64,000 nt of DNA from assembly GCA_041645355.1 (NCBI GenBank), contig JBAZQF010000006.1, positions 80,816-144,815 of the forward strand, in the 5' to 3' direction. The notes beneath the pieces are model-generated. The model had not been told where the DNA came from and did no database searches. It saw nothing but the letters and a program-made list of their open reading frames with translations. Position numbers and translations under genes: made by a program. Origin of the DNA: Methanoregula sp. (GTDB taxonomy: Archaea; Halobacteriota; Methanomicrobia; Methanomicrobiales; Methanospirillaceae). Positions 8,548-18,634 of the stretch are shown here, one piece after another; position 1 is the stretch's first letter, and every line of letters starts with the position of its first letter.

Positions 8548-9642
8548 TCAGGGAGAGACCAGCTCGTATAATGTTGTCCTCCGGGCGAGCGTTCTCCCGA
8601 GATCCTCCACAACACGCTGCATCTCGGCAGGGTCAAGGTAGTCCGTGTTGACCGCACCGGCCCCTTTCGAGATGCTCTCCTCGAACATGGTGCCCCCAAG
8701 GTCGTTTCCTCCCGCGATGAGGCCGAGCTGGGCCATCTTGATCCCCTCCTTGACCCACGAGACCTGGATGTTCCGGAAATTGTCGAGGAACAGGCGGGCA
8801 ACCGCAACCATGAGGAGATCTTCCCTCCCGGTTGCCCCGGCCCGGGCTTTTCCCTGCCGGAAGATCGGGGTGTTCATGTGGATGAACGAGAGGGGAACAA
8901 ACTCGGTAAACCCTCCCGTCTCATCCTGGATGTCCCGGAGGATGGCAAGGTGCCGGACCCGGTCCCGGTCGGTCTCGCAGTGGCCGTACATGATCGTTGC
9001 CGTTGTCCGGATCCCAAGCCCGTGCGCCTCAGTGATGATCCGTACCCATTCTGCGGTCGGGATCTTCTGGCGGCAGATCTCGTCCCGGATCGAATCCACG
9101 AGGATCTCGGCAGCGGTCCCGCACATCGAGCCAAGGCCCGCCTCTTTCATCATATCCAGCACCCGGGCCGTGCTCAGGTGGCTCTGTTTTGCTGCATAGG
9201 CAACCTCCATAGGGTTGCTTGCATGGAGGTGGACATCCGGGGCTGCCTCGCAGATCCAGCGGTAGACATCGATATAGGATTGGGCAGTGAAATCCGGGTG
9301 GAGGCCGCTCACCGTGCAGATCTCGGAGACGCCCCGCTCCTTTGCAAGGGCGGATTTTCTCTGGATCTCTGCTTTGTCATGGAAATAGATCCCGGGATCG
9401 CCCGGTTTCTTTGAGTACCCGCAGAAACCGCAGGCATTCACGCAGAGGTTGGTGACGTTGATATTCTGGTTGCGGACATAGGTGACCGCGTTTCCCGCCC
9501 GCTGTTCGCGCACTTCATCCGCTGCAGTGGCGATCTTCCAGACCTGCCGGTCGCGGGTCCGGAAGAGAGAGAGCGCTTCGTCTTCCGTCAGCCGGTGCCC
9601 GGCTATAACATCGTTGAGTAATGTCCTGAGGGTAGCATCCAT
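8548..9642 (-). CDS. cofH: FO synthase subunit 2 (CofH), copy 1
   Basis: Radical SAM CVNACGFC, GTAAEIL, TIMYGH, NDLGGT. Confidence 0.88.
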   Translation of the reverse strand: MDATLRTLLNDVIAGHRLTEDEALSLFRTRDRQVWKIATAADEVREQRAGNAVTYVRNQNINVTNLCVNACGFCGYSKKPGDPGIYFHDKAEIQRKSALAKERGVSEICTVSGLHPDFTAQSYIDVYRWICEAAPDVHLHASNPMEVAYAAKQSHLSTARVLDMMKEAGLGSMCGTAAEILVDSIRDEICRQKIPTAEWVRIITEAHGLGIRTTATIMYGHCETDRDRVRHLAILRDIQDETGGFTEFVPLSFIHMNTPIFRQGKARAGATGREDLLMVAVARLFLDNFRNIQVSWVKEGIKMAQLGLIAGGNDLGGTMFEESISKGAGAVNTDYLDPAEMQRVVEDLGRTLARRTTLYELVSP

Positions 9643-9749
9643 ATTCTTCCCCGGTTCGGTATGGAATGTAGCCCCGCGGAAAAGTAAAAGTATCGCATAT
9701 GTATGCCGCAGGCTTATTAGCCTCTGCGACAACCATCCTTTTGAGAACA

Positions 9750-10049
9750 ATGAAACAGACTCACGTGCACCTGGGAAAGAAAGTTGCAGACGGATTTGTT
9801 ATCCCCCTTGGCCCGGCAAACCTTGTCGCGGTCAGGACCGACGTGGGTATGGTCGGGTGCGGCGCCTTCGATGTTGCGGCGCTCGATAAATTCAGTTACC
9901 CCGCGGCAAAGGTGAGGCCGGTATCGGGGCCGTCCATAGTCACCATCGATGACCTGCTTGACGGTATAGTCAGGGAGGCCAACCGCTCCGCCATCGGCCG
10001 GGGGATCAACAACGGCATGACCGGCCGCGAAGCCCTGGAACTGCTCTGA
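9750..10049 (+). CDS. YunC / DUF1805 family protein
   Basis: GMVGCGAFDV and GMTGREAL motifs; ATG at 9750. Confidence 0.8.
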   Translation: MKQTHVHLGKKVADGFVIPLGPANLVAVRTDVGMVGCGAFDVAALDKFSYPAAKVRPVSGPSIVTIDDLLDGIVREANRSAIGRGINNGMTGREALELL

Positions 10050-10091
10050 AAAAATACTCTTTTTTCCGGTTGAAAAGAAGAAGGTCGGGTA

Positions 10092-11177
10092 TTACACCAG
10101 CTCGTAGAGCGTTGTCCGCTGCCGGAGCTTCCGGCCGAGATCGCTTGCGATCCGGTCCATATCTTTTGGATCGAGATAATCCGATCCCGATGCACCGGCA
10201 TTGCCGGTCACATCATCCGTGAACATGGTGCCGGCAAGGTCGTTGGCACCCGACAGGAGGGCGAGCTGGGTCATCTTGAGGCCCACTTTTCCCCACGCAA
10301 CCTGGATATTGTCGAAGTTATCGAGGAAGAGGCGGGAGACGGCGATCATCAGGAGATCCTCGCGGCCGGTTGGCCCTGCCCGGGCAAGTCCCTGCTGGTA
10401 TAACGGCGTATTGGTGTGGACAAAGGGCAGGGTAACAAGCTCGGTGAAGCCGTGCGTCTCGTCCTGCACATCCCGCAGGAGACCGAGGTGCTCGGCCTGG
10501 TCCTTTGCGGTTTCGAACGAGCCGTACATGATGGTTGCCGTTGAACGCAGGCCCGCCCGGTGGGCTTCTTTGATAACCCGGATCCAGTCGGCTGTGGGGA
10601 TCTTCCGTGGGCAGATAACTTCCCGGACAGAGTCCACCAGGATCTCGGCAGCGGTCCCCTGGATCGTGCCAAGCCCTTCCGCTTTTAAGCGGGCAAGCAC
10701 CTCGGTTGTTGCAATCCCGCCTTTCTTTGCCGCAAAGGCCACTTCATCAGGGCTGAACGCATGGATATGGACGTCCGGCGCAACCTCGTGCACCCAGTCC
10801 ATGAGCTCAACATAGGTATCGAGCGTAAATCCCGGGTGGACTCCCGAGAGAAAACAGATCTCGGTGACCTCGCGTTCCATGGCAAGCCGGGCCTTGGCCT
10901 GGATCGCCTCCCGGTCATTGCAGTACGCACCCTCATCGGTTGCCTTCCGGCCAAAACCGCAGAACCCGCAGAGGTTCTTGCAGATGTTGGTAACATGGAG
11001 GTTCTGGTTTTTCACGTAGGTGACTAAATCGCCGACCTTTCGTTCCCGCAGTTCATCCGCCGCAGCAACAATGCTGTGAACCTCCCGGTCCTTTGTATTG
11101 AGCAGCAGGGTTGCTTCACCAGGAGTGAGCCGGTGGCCAGACAGGGTATCGTCAAGGAGCGTGGAGATCTTTGTCAT
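10092..11177 (-). CDS. cofH: FO synthase subunit 2 (CofH), copy 2
   Basis: CKNLCGFC, GTAAEIL, TIMYG, NDLAGT; paralogue of 8548-9642. Confidence 0.88.
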   Translation of the reverse strand: MTKISTLLDDTLSGHRLTPGEATLLLNTKDREVHSIVAAADELRERKVGDLVTYVKNQNLHVTNICKNLCGFCGFGRKATDEGAYCNDREAIQAKARLAMEREVTEICFLSGVHPGFTLDTYVELMDWVHEVAPDVHIHAFSPDEVAFAAKKGGIATTEVLARLKAEGLGTIQGTAAEILVDSVREVICPRKIPTADWIRVIKEAHRAGLRSTATIMYGSFETAKDQAEHLGLLRDVQDETHGFTELVTLPFVHTNTPLYQQGLARAGPTGREDLLMIAVSRLFLDNFDNIQVAWGKVGLKMTQLALLSGANDLAGTMFTDDVTGNAGASGSDYLDPKDMDRIASDLGRKLRQRTTLYELV

Positions 11178-11191
11178 GGTAACAGTCCCGT

Positions 11192-11905
11192 TTACCGCTG
11201 TTTTTTCCCGGTTTTCTTTGCCGGTTTTGTCTCTTTCTCTTCACGGGACCGCAGGTACATCTCGTGAAGGACCATGATGACGATAACGATAATTATCACT
11301 TCCACGATGTGGAGGGGCAGGTACCCGACAAGGGGAACCGTGAAGAGGGATTTGCCGACAATCCATTCATCTTTGACCGGCTCGGGCTGGCCTATGCCCT
11401 GGAACGTGACGAACTGGTCCGGGTAGGGGTTGTTGTCCCCCCAGGTTATGTAGCCCGGGTGGGGTGCAGTATAATTCGTTTTAAGGGTCACACCCCGGAT
11501 CGTGGTAAGGGGCTGGTCGGTGGCATAGACAACAGCCCGGTGGATGATCGGGTGAACCGAGGTGAGGCCGTTTGGCTTGTAGATGATGACATCCCCGTAG
11601 CTGCCAAACTTCGGATTATCTGCCGCTTTCCCCTCCAGCCAGGTCTGGAATGTCCCGTACCGGTCCTTCTGCACTACAACGACCAGGTCCCCGACCTTCA
11701 TGTTGGGATCCATGCTCTTGGATTCGATCGTCACGACCGCCGGCCACGTGCCGCAGATCAGGTACAGTGCAAGGGCAATCGCCCCGACAACGGCAACAAC
11801 CCAGAGGAGATCGCGGGCAAGCGAGACTGCCCAGTGATCGCTTGTCCGGAACCGGGTGAAAAGTGAGCGTATATCCTGTTTATTTTCTTTCTCTGCCACG
11901 TGCAA
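11192..11905 (-). CDS. Signal peptidase I (archaeal S26/Sec11 type)
   Basis: ESKSMDP catalytic Ser, PIIHR, WGDNN; N- and C-terminal TM helices. Confidence 0.88.
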   Translation of the reverse strand: MHVAEKENKQDIRSLFTRFRTSDHWAVSLARDLLWVVAVVGAIALALYLICGTWPAVVTIESKSMDPNMKVGDLVVVVQKDRYGTFQTWLEGKAADNPKFGSYGDVIIYKPNGLTSVHPIIHRAVVYATDQPLTTIRGVTLKTNYTAPHPGYITWGDNNPYPDQFVTFQGIGQPEPVKDEWIVGKSLFTVPLVGYLPLHIVEVIIIVIVIMVLHEMYLRSREEKETKPAKKTGKKQR

Positions 11906-11984
11906 TCGCGCCCTGTACTGGATTTTCGTATAGTGTTGGACCCGTTATACATTAACCCTGTGGGATTGGCCGGTCGGTGGTGCC

Positions 11985-12608
11985 TTACGGGTGCAGGATG
12001 ACCTGGAAGAGGTAATACAGGCCAAAGGCGAGAAGAAAAAGGCCGCAGGCCGCCATGATGTAGTGATACGATCGGTCGGACAGGATAGTCCTGCCCCGGG
12101 CAATGCTCGTGGAGACGAAGGTATACCAGGCGGTATCGGCGCTCCAGTGGCCGATCATGAAGACAATGGCAAGGAGAACGCCCCCTTCGAGCGACGAGAT
12201 GAGGAGTGCGCTTCCCACCGAGAGCCACCATATCCAGAAGTAGGGATTTGCAGCACTGGTGAGGAGCCCGGCCATGCAGGGACTGACAACGGCAGGTGCC
12301 TGGCCTGCGGAGAGCGTGGCAGTCCTGCTGCCGGTGATCGTCATGATCCCGAAGATGATGAGCGCACTGCCCCCGACAACGGCGATCAGAGAAGTATACG
12401 GGCTCGCTATGCTGGCAAGACCGAGAATAATTAAGAGGAAGATGGCAGTCTCGATAAAAATATGGCCAAGCGAAATCTTAAGACCCGCCGTCCAGTTCCC
12501 GGAGAGGGAGGCATTGATGGTGGCAACCAGCATGGGGCCGGGGGCAAGCGCACCGGTAAAACCGATAAGAAAGCCAAGCACCAGCGTTGAGAGGATTTCG
12601 GACACCAA
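11985..12608 (-). CDS. LysE family transporter
   Basis: ALAPGP and ANPYFWIWW motifs, hydrophobic. Confidence 0.85.
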   Translation of the reverse strand: MVSEILSTLVLGFLIGFTGALAPGPMLVATINASLSGNWTAGLKISLGHIFIETAIFLLIILGLASIASPYTSLIAVVGGSALIIFGIMTITGSRTATLSAGQAPAVVSPCMAGLLTSAANPYFWIWWLSVGSALLISSLEGGVLLAIVFMIGHWSADTAWYTFVSTSIARGRTILSDRSYHYIMAACGLFLLAFGLYYLFQVILHP

Positions 12609-12653
12609 TTTCTGCAGCCCCGGTTGTCACCTGAGGATTGATTCGGTTGGATA

Positions 12654-13109
12654 ATGAAGCCTCCCGACCAGGCCGCAATATATAAACAGGCGGAATCCAA
12701 ACCCCCCTTAATGGCGGCGAAAGATCCTTTCCGGACAACCCTTGTTGCACCCTGCGGCATGGACTGCGCTATCTGCATGGCGTTTTTAAGAGAGAAGAAC
12801 CGGTGCGGCGGCTGTTCGGAGGCAAACCACAGTTACCGGAAGCAGTGCACCGTCGCGGCCTGCGAACAGGTGAAGCACAGGTTTTCCCATGAATGTGGCA
12901 GTTTCCCGTGCCGGAGGCTCAGGCAGCTCGACAAGCGCTACCGGACGAAATACCACATGAGCATGCTCGACAACCTTGCGGCAATCCGGGAGCACGGCAT
13001 CCATGCATTTGTCCAAAGCGAGCGGGAGCGCTGGACCTGCAGGGAGTGCGGCGGGACGATCGATGTCCACCACTTCAGCTGCTCGTCGTGCGGGAAGACA
13101 CCGGAATGA
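12654..13109 (+). CDS. DUF3795 family Cys-rich protein with C-terminal Zn ribbon
   Basis: APCGMDCAIC, ECGSFPC, CRECGG...CSSCG. Confidence 0.75.
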   Translation: MKPPDQAAIYKQAESKPPLMAAKDPFRTTLVAPCGMDCAICMAFLREKNRCGGCSEANHSYRKQCTVAACEQVKHRFSHECGSFPCRRLRQLDKRYRTKYHMSMLDNLAAIREHGIHAFVQSERERWTCRECGGTIDVHHFSCSSCGKTPE

Positions 13110-13233
13110 GCGCCGGGCCTGTCGGGAGGACATTCCCGCGGGTCCTGGAGGCATCCCGCACCTTATAAGCCGGCTTTAATCCATCCTGTGCCCGAACAAC
13201 AACCCATATTTTCTTGGCCGCCGATATTCCGGT

Positions 13234-14634
13234 ATGCTTGATGTGCGGGAGATCACGCTCCGCTTCCTTGATACAAAACTGCAGGTGCACCCCGATGTGG
13301 TGCGCTATATCCAGGAGCAGGACGACCCGGACCTGATCGATCGCATCATAGAGAGTATTCCCACGGATACTATCGTGGTCTCTGCAAAGCACATCCCCGG
13401 TATCACCCCCACCCGCGACGGGACGAGGTTCGCTGTCGAACCGGACGTTGAGGTGGTTTCAGGTATTGCAGGCACCTCCGGCGCAGTGACGGGAAGTGGA
13501 GATTATCTCCATTATTTCCGGGACCGGTACAGCAGGCTTGGCGGCATGATCCGGTCACGAGCCGGCTCGATGCCCATCGAGGGGCTCACCAAGAACTCCC
13601 GGTACCGGCAGGAGGAATGTACCGTTATCGGGATGGTTGTGGAGGTCAAGACCACGACAAATGGTCACCGCATTGCCGAGATCGAGGATTCGTCGGGGTC
13701 CGTCTCGGTGCTCTTCCGGAAGGACCGGCCGGTCCACGAGGATGCCGAGAAGATCATCCCTGACGAGGTTATCGGCATCAAGGGGAAACTCTCAAGCGAC
13801 GGGAAACTCTTCTTTGCCGAGACACTCTACCGCCCCGATATCCGCATCGATAATGCGCCGTACAAGAGCGAGCAGCCGGGAAAAGCGGTCTTCATCTCGG
13901 ACGTCCATGTGGGAAGCGACACGTTCCTCGAGGAGTGCTGGAACCGCTTTGCCGACTGGCTCGCGGACAATGACTTCTCCTACCTGCTCATAGCAGGCGA
14001 TCTTGTGGACGGGATCGGCATCTACCCGGGGCAGGAGGCGGAGCTGACAATGAAGAACATCTACGAGCAGTACGATGCCTTCGGGGAGATGATGCGAAAA
14101 CTCCCGTCCCGCATGAAGATCATCATCTCACCCGGCAACCACGATGTGGTGAGGGGGGCAGAGCCCCAGCCGGTACTGCCGGAGCAGTTCACGCGGAAAT
14201 TTTCGGATAACTGCATCCTTGTCGAGAACCCGGCCCTTGTCCGCCTGCAGGGCGTGCGGGTGCTCATGTACCACGGGCGCTCGATCGATGATATGATCGG
14301 CCTCATACCCGGCGCTTCCTATGACAAGAGTGGTCAGATGATGGAGGAGATGCTCATCCGCCGCCATCTTGCACCGGCCTATGGCCGCAGGACGCCGATT
14401 GCTGCCGGCAAGACCGACCGGCTGATCATCGATCCCCTGCCGGAGATCCTGCACACGGGCCACGTTCACATCAAAGGGATCACCACCTACCGGGGGGTTC
14501 TCGGCATCAACGCGGGAACCTGGCAGGCCCAGACCAAGTTCCAGAAGCAGATGAACGTGAACCCGACACCGGCGCTCGCGGTTGTTGTTGATCTGCAGAC
14601 GCTGGTACCGGAAACGTTCAGTTTTGCGTCCTAG
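13234..14634 (+). CDS. polB: DNA polymerase D small subunit DP1 (exonuclease)
   Basis: OB fold plus ISDVHVGS, AGDLVDG, PGNHD, YHGRS, HLAP and GHVH phosphoesterase motifs. Confidence 0.95.
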   Translation: MLDVREITLRFLDTKLQVHPDVVRYIQEQDDPDLIDRIIESIPTDTIVVSAKHIPGITPTRDGTRFAVEPDVEVVSGIAGTSGAVTGSGDYLHYFRDRYSRLGGMIRSRAGSMPIEGLTKNSRYRQEECTVIGMVVEVKTTTNGHRIAEIEDSSGSVSVLFRKDRPVHEDAEKIIPDEVIGIKGKLSSDGKLFFAETLYRPDIRIDNAPYKSEQPGKAVFISDVHVGSDTFLEECWNRFADWLADNDFSYLLIAGDLVDGIGIYPGQEAELTMKNIYEQYDAFGEMMRKLPSRMKIIISPGNHDVVRGAEPQPVLPEQFTRKFSDNCILVENPALVRLQGVRVLMYHGRSIDDMIGLIPGASYDKSGQMMEEMLIRRHLAPAYGRRTPIAAGKTDRLIIDPLPEILHTGHVHIKGITTYRGVLGINAGTWQAQTKFQKQMNVNPTPALAVVVDLQTLVPETFSFAS

Positions 14635-14780
14635 TGCTGCTGGTTTTCATGAATGGGGGGGGCAGGATACCGGCCTTTTTCACACCGTCGTATCAGCCCG
14701 GTTTAAAACACAATTTTCATGTAGATTAGTCTGCCATATCCATGCATGAAGACCGGTACCGGGAAAAATGAGGACAGCCA

Positions 14781-16622
14781 ATGAATCTCCCTGTCCGGTT
14801 CGAGAACCGCGATCTCTTCTGGAAAGCGGTGATCCTCGGCACGGCTGTAGCTGCACTTCTGGCAACCACTGCCGGGCTCCTTTTCGGGATAACAACCGGG
14901 ATCCCCCATCTCCTGTATATTCCGGTGGTTATCGCCTCGTACCAGTACCCGCGCCGGGGGGCAGTCATTGCCGGGTGCATTGGCGCAGTCTACCTGCTCT
15001 CGGTCTTTATTATTGCCGGGTCCTCACAAACGGTTCTTCTCGAAGCAGTGCTGCGCACCCTTGTCATTGTCGTGATCGGGTGGCTGATCGCCCTGCTCAC
15101 GTACCGGCTCCGGGAACAAGAAGACCTCTACAAGGGCCTCTTTGACCATTCGGAAGGGGGGAGCATCGTCATTGCCGATACCGGCAAAAGCCGGACAATC
15201 GAGGAGATCAACTGGAAAGCTGCTGCCCTTCTTCACCGGAAAATCTCCGAGCTGAAAGGTTCGCCGATTACCGGCATATGGAGCGGAGAAGAGGAGGAAA
15301 CATTTTTTGGCCGGCTCGCCAGTGAAGGGGCAGTTTATGCTACTGAGACGAAATTTGCCCTGCCGGATGAGAACAGCTTCATCGTGCTCGTCTCCGCTGC
15401 CTCGCTTCCCGGCAACCGGGCGATCCTCACCTTCTTCGATATCACGAGCCGGGTCCATTCAGAACATGCGCTGAAGATGGCAAACGACAAGCTCAGCCTC
15501 CTCTCGCAGTTCTCGTCAGACCACCTCCACCGGTCGGTTGACGAGATCATAGAGACCGTTGACGAGGCAGATACGCATTGCAAAGACGACGGCATTCGAA
15601 CCTATATTGAACGCATCCGGACGCTGGCATGGAATGTTGCCCGCCAGCTCTTTCTCACCGAATCCTACAAGGATCTCGGGACACTTCCCCCGGTCTGGCT
15701 GAGTGTGCAGCAGGTAATTGAGACCGCCCGGCTTCCTTCGGATGACGGGACCATCCCGATCCGGTGCTGGGCCGGACGCCTTGAGTTATATGCAGATCCG
15801 CTCTTCTCGGATGTCCTCACTCACCTCCTGGAAAATTCCCTGCGGCACAGCAACGGCAGGGTAAAGAACATTACCGTCACCTATCACGAGACTCAGGACG
15901 GGCTTGATCTCTTTATATCGGATGATGGTTCGGGAATCCCGGCTGCAAAGAAACAGCAGATATTCGAGTATGATGCCGGGGGACATGCGGGGATAGGTCT
16001 CTTCATCTGCCGCCAGATCGTCGAGGTGACCGACATGAGCATCCGGGAGATTGGAGTTGAGGGTACGGGGGCACGGTTCGTGATCCATGTCCCGGCCGGC
16101 GGGTACCGTATCGAGGGAACGGACGAGGACGCCCCCCCGCTTCCGGTATCATCTTCACCGGAACTTCACCCGGCAAAACACAAGACCGGGGCAACGGTGA
16201 GAGAACTTTTATCCCGGGAATTTCCCCTTGCCGAGGCACTCTGGACCGATTACCATAACACAAAAGGGGATCCAAAAACCGACCGCATATTTGCCGCGTT
16301 TTACCAGGGAGATGTGGTCTCGGTTGCCCGGTGCAAACGGCACCCGGATGGTTTTGAGGTGGACGGCGTATTCACCCCGGAGACCCGGCGCGGGCACGGG
16401 TACGCAAATGCCGCGGTATGGGGGCTCATCGAGGCGTGCGGGCAGGATACGCTCTACATGCACTCGGTCTGGGATCTCACCCGGTTCTATGGCAACTTTG
16501 GGTTTGTAGCAATTGAAGAGAAGGAACTCCCGCCAACCATACGGGAACGGTTTGCCTGGGCCGAGGGCGAGATGGAAGGGGCAAACGTCCGCCCGATGAA
16601 ACGGGACCCGACCCCGGTCTGA
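14781..16622 (+). CDS. Membrane sensor: TM + PAS + degenerate HisKA + HATPase_c + C-terminal GNAT acetyltransferase
   Basis: LLENSLRH (N box), DDGSGI (G1), GIGLFIC (G2); GNAT motif A VFTPETRRGHGYA and FYGNFGF. Confidence 0.8.
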   Translation: MNLPVRFENRDLFWKAVILGTAVAALLATTAGLLFGITTGIPHLLYIPVVIASYQYPRRGAVIAGCIGAVYLLSVFIIAGSSQTVLLEAVLRTLVIVVIGWLIALLTYRLREQEDLYKGLFDHSEGGSIVIADTGKSRTIEEINWKAAALLHRKISELKGSPITGIWSGEEEETFFGRLASEGAVYATETKFALPDENSFIVLVSAASLPGNRAILTFFDITSRVHSEHALKMANDKLSLLSQFSSDHLHRSVDEIIETVDEADTHCKDDGIRTYIERIRTLAWNVARQLFLTESYKDLGTLPPVWLSVQQVIETARLPSDDGTIPIRCWAGRLELYADPLFSDVLTHLLENSLRHSNGRVKNITVTYHETQDGLDLFISDDGSGIPAAKKQQIFEYDAGGHAGIGLFICRQIVEVTDMSIREIGVEGTGARFVIHVPAGGYRIEGTDEDAPPLPVSSSPELHPAKHKTGATVRELLSREFPLAEALWTDYHNTKGDPKTDRIFAAFYQGDVVSVARCKRHPDGFEVDGVFTPETRRGHGYANAAVWGLIEACGQDTLYMHSVWDLTRFYGNFGFVAIEEKELPPTIRERFAWAEGEMEGANVRPMKRDPTPV

Positions 16623-16781
16623 ACGCTTGTACCGGAACGAAGGTGCGTGGAATCCTGGCAGATCAGCTTTTTTATTGCACACATTTTTTCAAAAACGGTG
16701 GCCCGGATAAAGCAATCACCGGGTAATTTACTATCCCGGTACCCCCATTGGGGGAATTGGTTCCTGATAATTTAAAAAAAA

Positions 16782-17186
16782 TTATTCTTTGGCCGGCTTT
16801 GCCGCATCTGCAAGAGCGGGTGCTGCCGGTTCCTTCTTCTTTGGCCCGGCAACCGTGAATTTTTCAAGACCGCCCCGGGCAGTCATGGCCGGGCGGTACT
16901 GGTTGTCCATGGTGAGGCACTTGGTGGGGCAGACATCCACGCACACGGCGCAGACCACGCAGCGCATCTGGTCGATCTGCCATGTCTTCTCCTTGACCTC
17001 AACGCAGATCGCCTGTGTCGGGCACTTGCGCTGGCAGGACCGGCACGTTATACAGCCGTCAGGGTTGATCTTCACGTGACCGCGGGTATTGGGGGTCTTC
17101 TTTGCCGGTTTTGCCGGGTACATCAGGGTTGCCGGGCGGGAGAAGAGGCTTTTTAATACCGTCTTTGTCATCTGGAAAATGCTCAT
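16782..17186 (-). CDS. echF: Ech hydrogenase subunit F (2x4Fe-4S)
   Basis: CITCRSCQRKCP and CVVCAVCVDVCP; operon position. Confidence 0.92.
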   Translation of the reverse strand: MSIFQMTKTVLKSLFSRPATLMYPAKPAKKTPNTRGHVKINPDGCITCRSCQRKCPTQAICVEVKEKTWQIDQMRCVVCAVCVDVCPTKCLTMDNQYRPAMTARGGLEKFTVAGPKKKEPAAPALADAAKPAKE

Positions 17187-17192
17187 CTCTTC

Positions 17193-18272
17193 TCACCTCT
17201 CCGCACAGCCGATACACGGGTCAATCGTCAGGACAATCACCGGCACATCTGCAAGCTCACAGCCCTTGAGGAGCGTGACAAGCGGCGGGATGTTGGTGAA
17301 CGTGGGGGTCCGCACCCGGTGACGGACAAGATTCTTCTTGCCGTTCCCCTTGATGTAGTGGATAACCTCGCCCCGGGGCTGCTCGGTCCGGGAGAAGTAT
17401 TCCCCATCGGGGGCCCCGGTGACTTTCATGTCAACCGGGCCGTCGGGGATCTTCTTAATGCACTGCTCGATGATATCGATGGACGTGAACATCTCCTTTG
17501 CCCGGACTGCACAGCGGGCATAGCAGTCACCATCGTGCTCAACCACCGGCTTGAAGTTGATCTTGCCGAGTGCCCCGTAGCCGGTCTCCCGGATATCGAT
17601 GGCAAGACCGCTGCCCCGGGCAGTTGGTCCGACTGCTCCGAAATAATAGGCATCCTCCTGACTGAGCCTGCCGACATTTACCAGACGGTGCCTGACGGAA
17701 CTGTCGTGGAGGAAAACATTCGTGAGGTCGTGAAGCTCGTGCTCCATTGATTTGAGCCCTTTGAGCATCTCGTCGAGCTTCTCAGGGGTTATGTCTTTGC
17801 GGACACCGCCAACCTTGCAGACTCCCTGGATGACCCGCCCGCCCGTGGTAGCTTCGAGATCGTCGAGGATGTGCTCCCGGAGGCGCCAGGCGTTCATGAA
17901 AACACTCTCGAATCCCATACTGTCGGCAAAACAGCCGAGCCAGAGGAGATGGGAGTGCAGCCTTGAGTATTCGCCCCAGATGGTTCTCAGGAACTGCGCC
18001 CGCTCGGGTACCTCAAGGCCCATGATCTGCTCGATGCCCTGGACATAGGTCTGGCTGTGGATGAAACTGCAGATACCGCAGATCCGCTCTGCAATAAAGA
18101 CATACTCGGTGAACTCCCGCTTCTCCACGAGTTTTTCCAGGCCGCGGTGGACATACCCGATGGTAGGGATGACATCCACGACCTTCTCGTCCTCAAGGAC
18201 AAGGTCAAGGTGCAGGGGCTCGGGAAGAACCGGGTGCTGTGGCCCGAACGGGACGGTTATTTGTTTTGACAT
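17193..18272 (-). CDS. echE: Ech hydrogenase large subunit E ([NiFe] group 4)
   Basis: GPQHP, ERICGICS and terminal DPCIGCAER. Confidence 0.95.
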   Translation of the reverse strand: MSKQITVPFGPQHPVLPEPLHLDLVLEDEKVVDVIPTIGYVHRGLEKLVEKREFTEYVFIAERICGICSFIHSQTYVQGIEQIMGLEVPERAQFLRTIWGEYSRLHSHLLWLGCFADSMGFESVFMNAWRLREHILDDLEATTGGRVIQGVCKVGGVRKDITPEKLDEMLKGLKSMEHELHDLTNVFLHDSSVRHRLVNVGRLSQEDAYYFGAVGPTARGSGLAIDIRETGYGALGKINFKPVVEHDGDCYARCAVRAKEMFTSIDIIEQCIKKIPDGPVDMKVTGAPDGEYFSRTEQPRGEVIHYIKGNGKKNLVRHRVRTPTFTNIPPLVTLLKGCELADVPVIVLTIDPCIGCAER

Positions 18273-18634
18273 GAGTCATCCTCCTTGGTAATAGTCACAC
18301 TGAACGGATGTTTGACTGCGGTCTTGTAGAACGTGCCCTTGAAGTCGATGTTCATCCCTTTCACGTGGATTCCGTACAGGTCGTGGATCTCGTTCTCGTA
18401 CACGAAAGCCCCGAAGTAAACCCCGCTGACACTGGGAATCTCGGTGTCCTGTTTCACGGTAACCCGGTAACTGGTGAGCTTGTAGTCCTTGTCGTACACG
18501 TAGATGATCTCGAAATCATCCCCGATCTTCGTGCACCCGATCTGGACTAAACGGTTCCCGTCTTTTTTTGCCTGTTCTGCTTTTGGGACGATATCCCCGA
18601 CCGTGATCGGGACAATTGTCTGCGGTTCCATCAT
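18257..18634 (-). CDS. echD: Ech hydrogenase subunit D
   Basis: YENEIHDLYGI NuoC-like motif; operon position. Confidence 0.9.
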   Translation of the reverse strand: MMEPQTIVPITVGDIVPKAEQAKKDGNRLVQIGCTKIGDDFEIIYVYDKDYKLTSYRVTVKQDTEIPSVSGVYFGAFVYENEIHDLYGIHVKGMNIDFKGTFYKTAVKHPFSVTITKEDDSCQNK

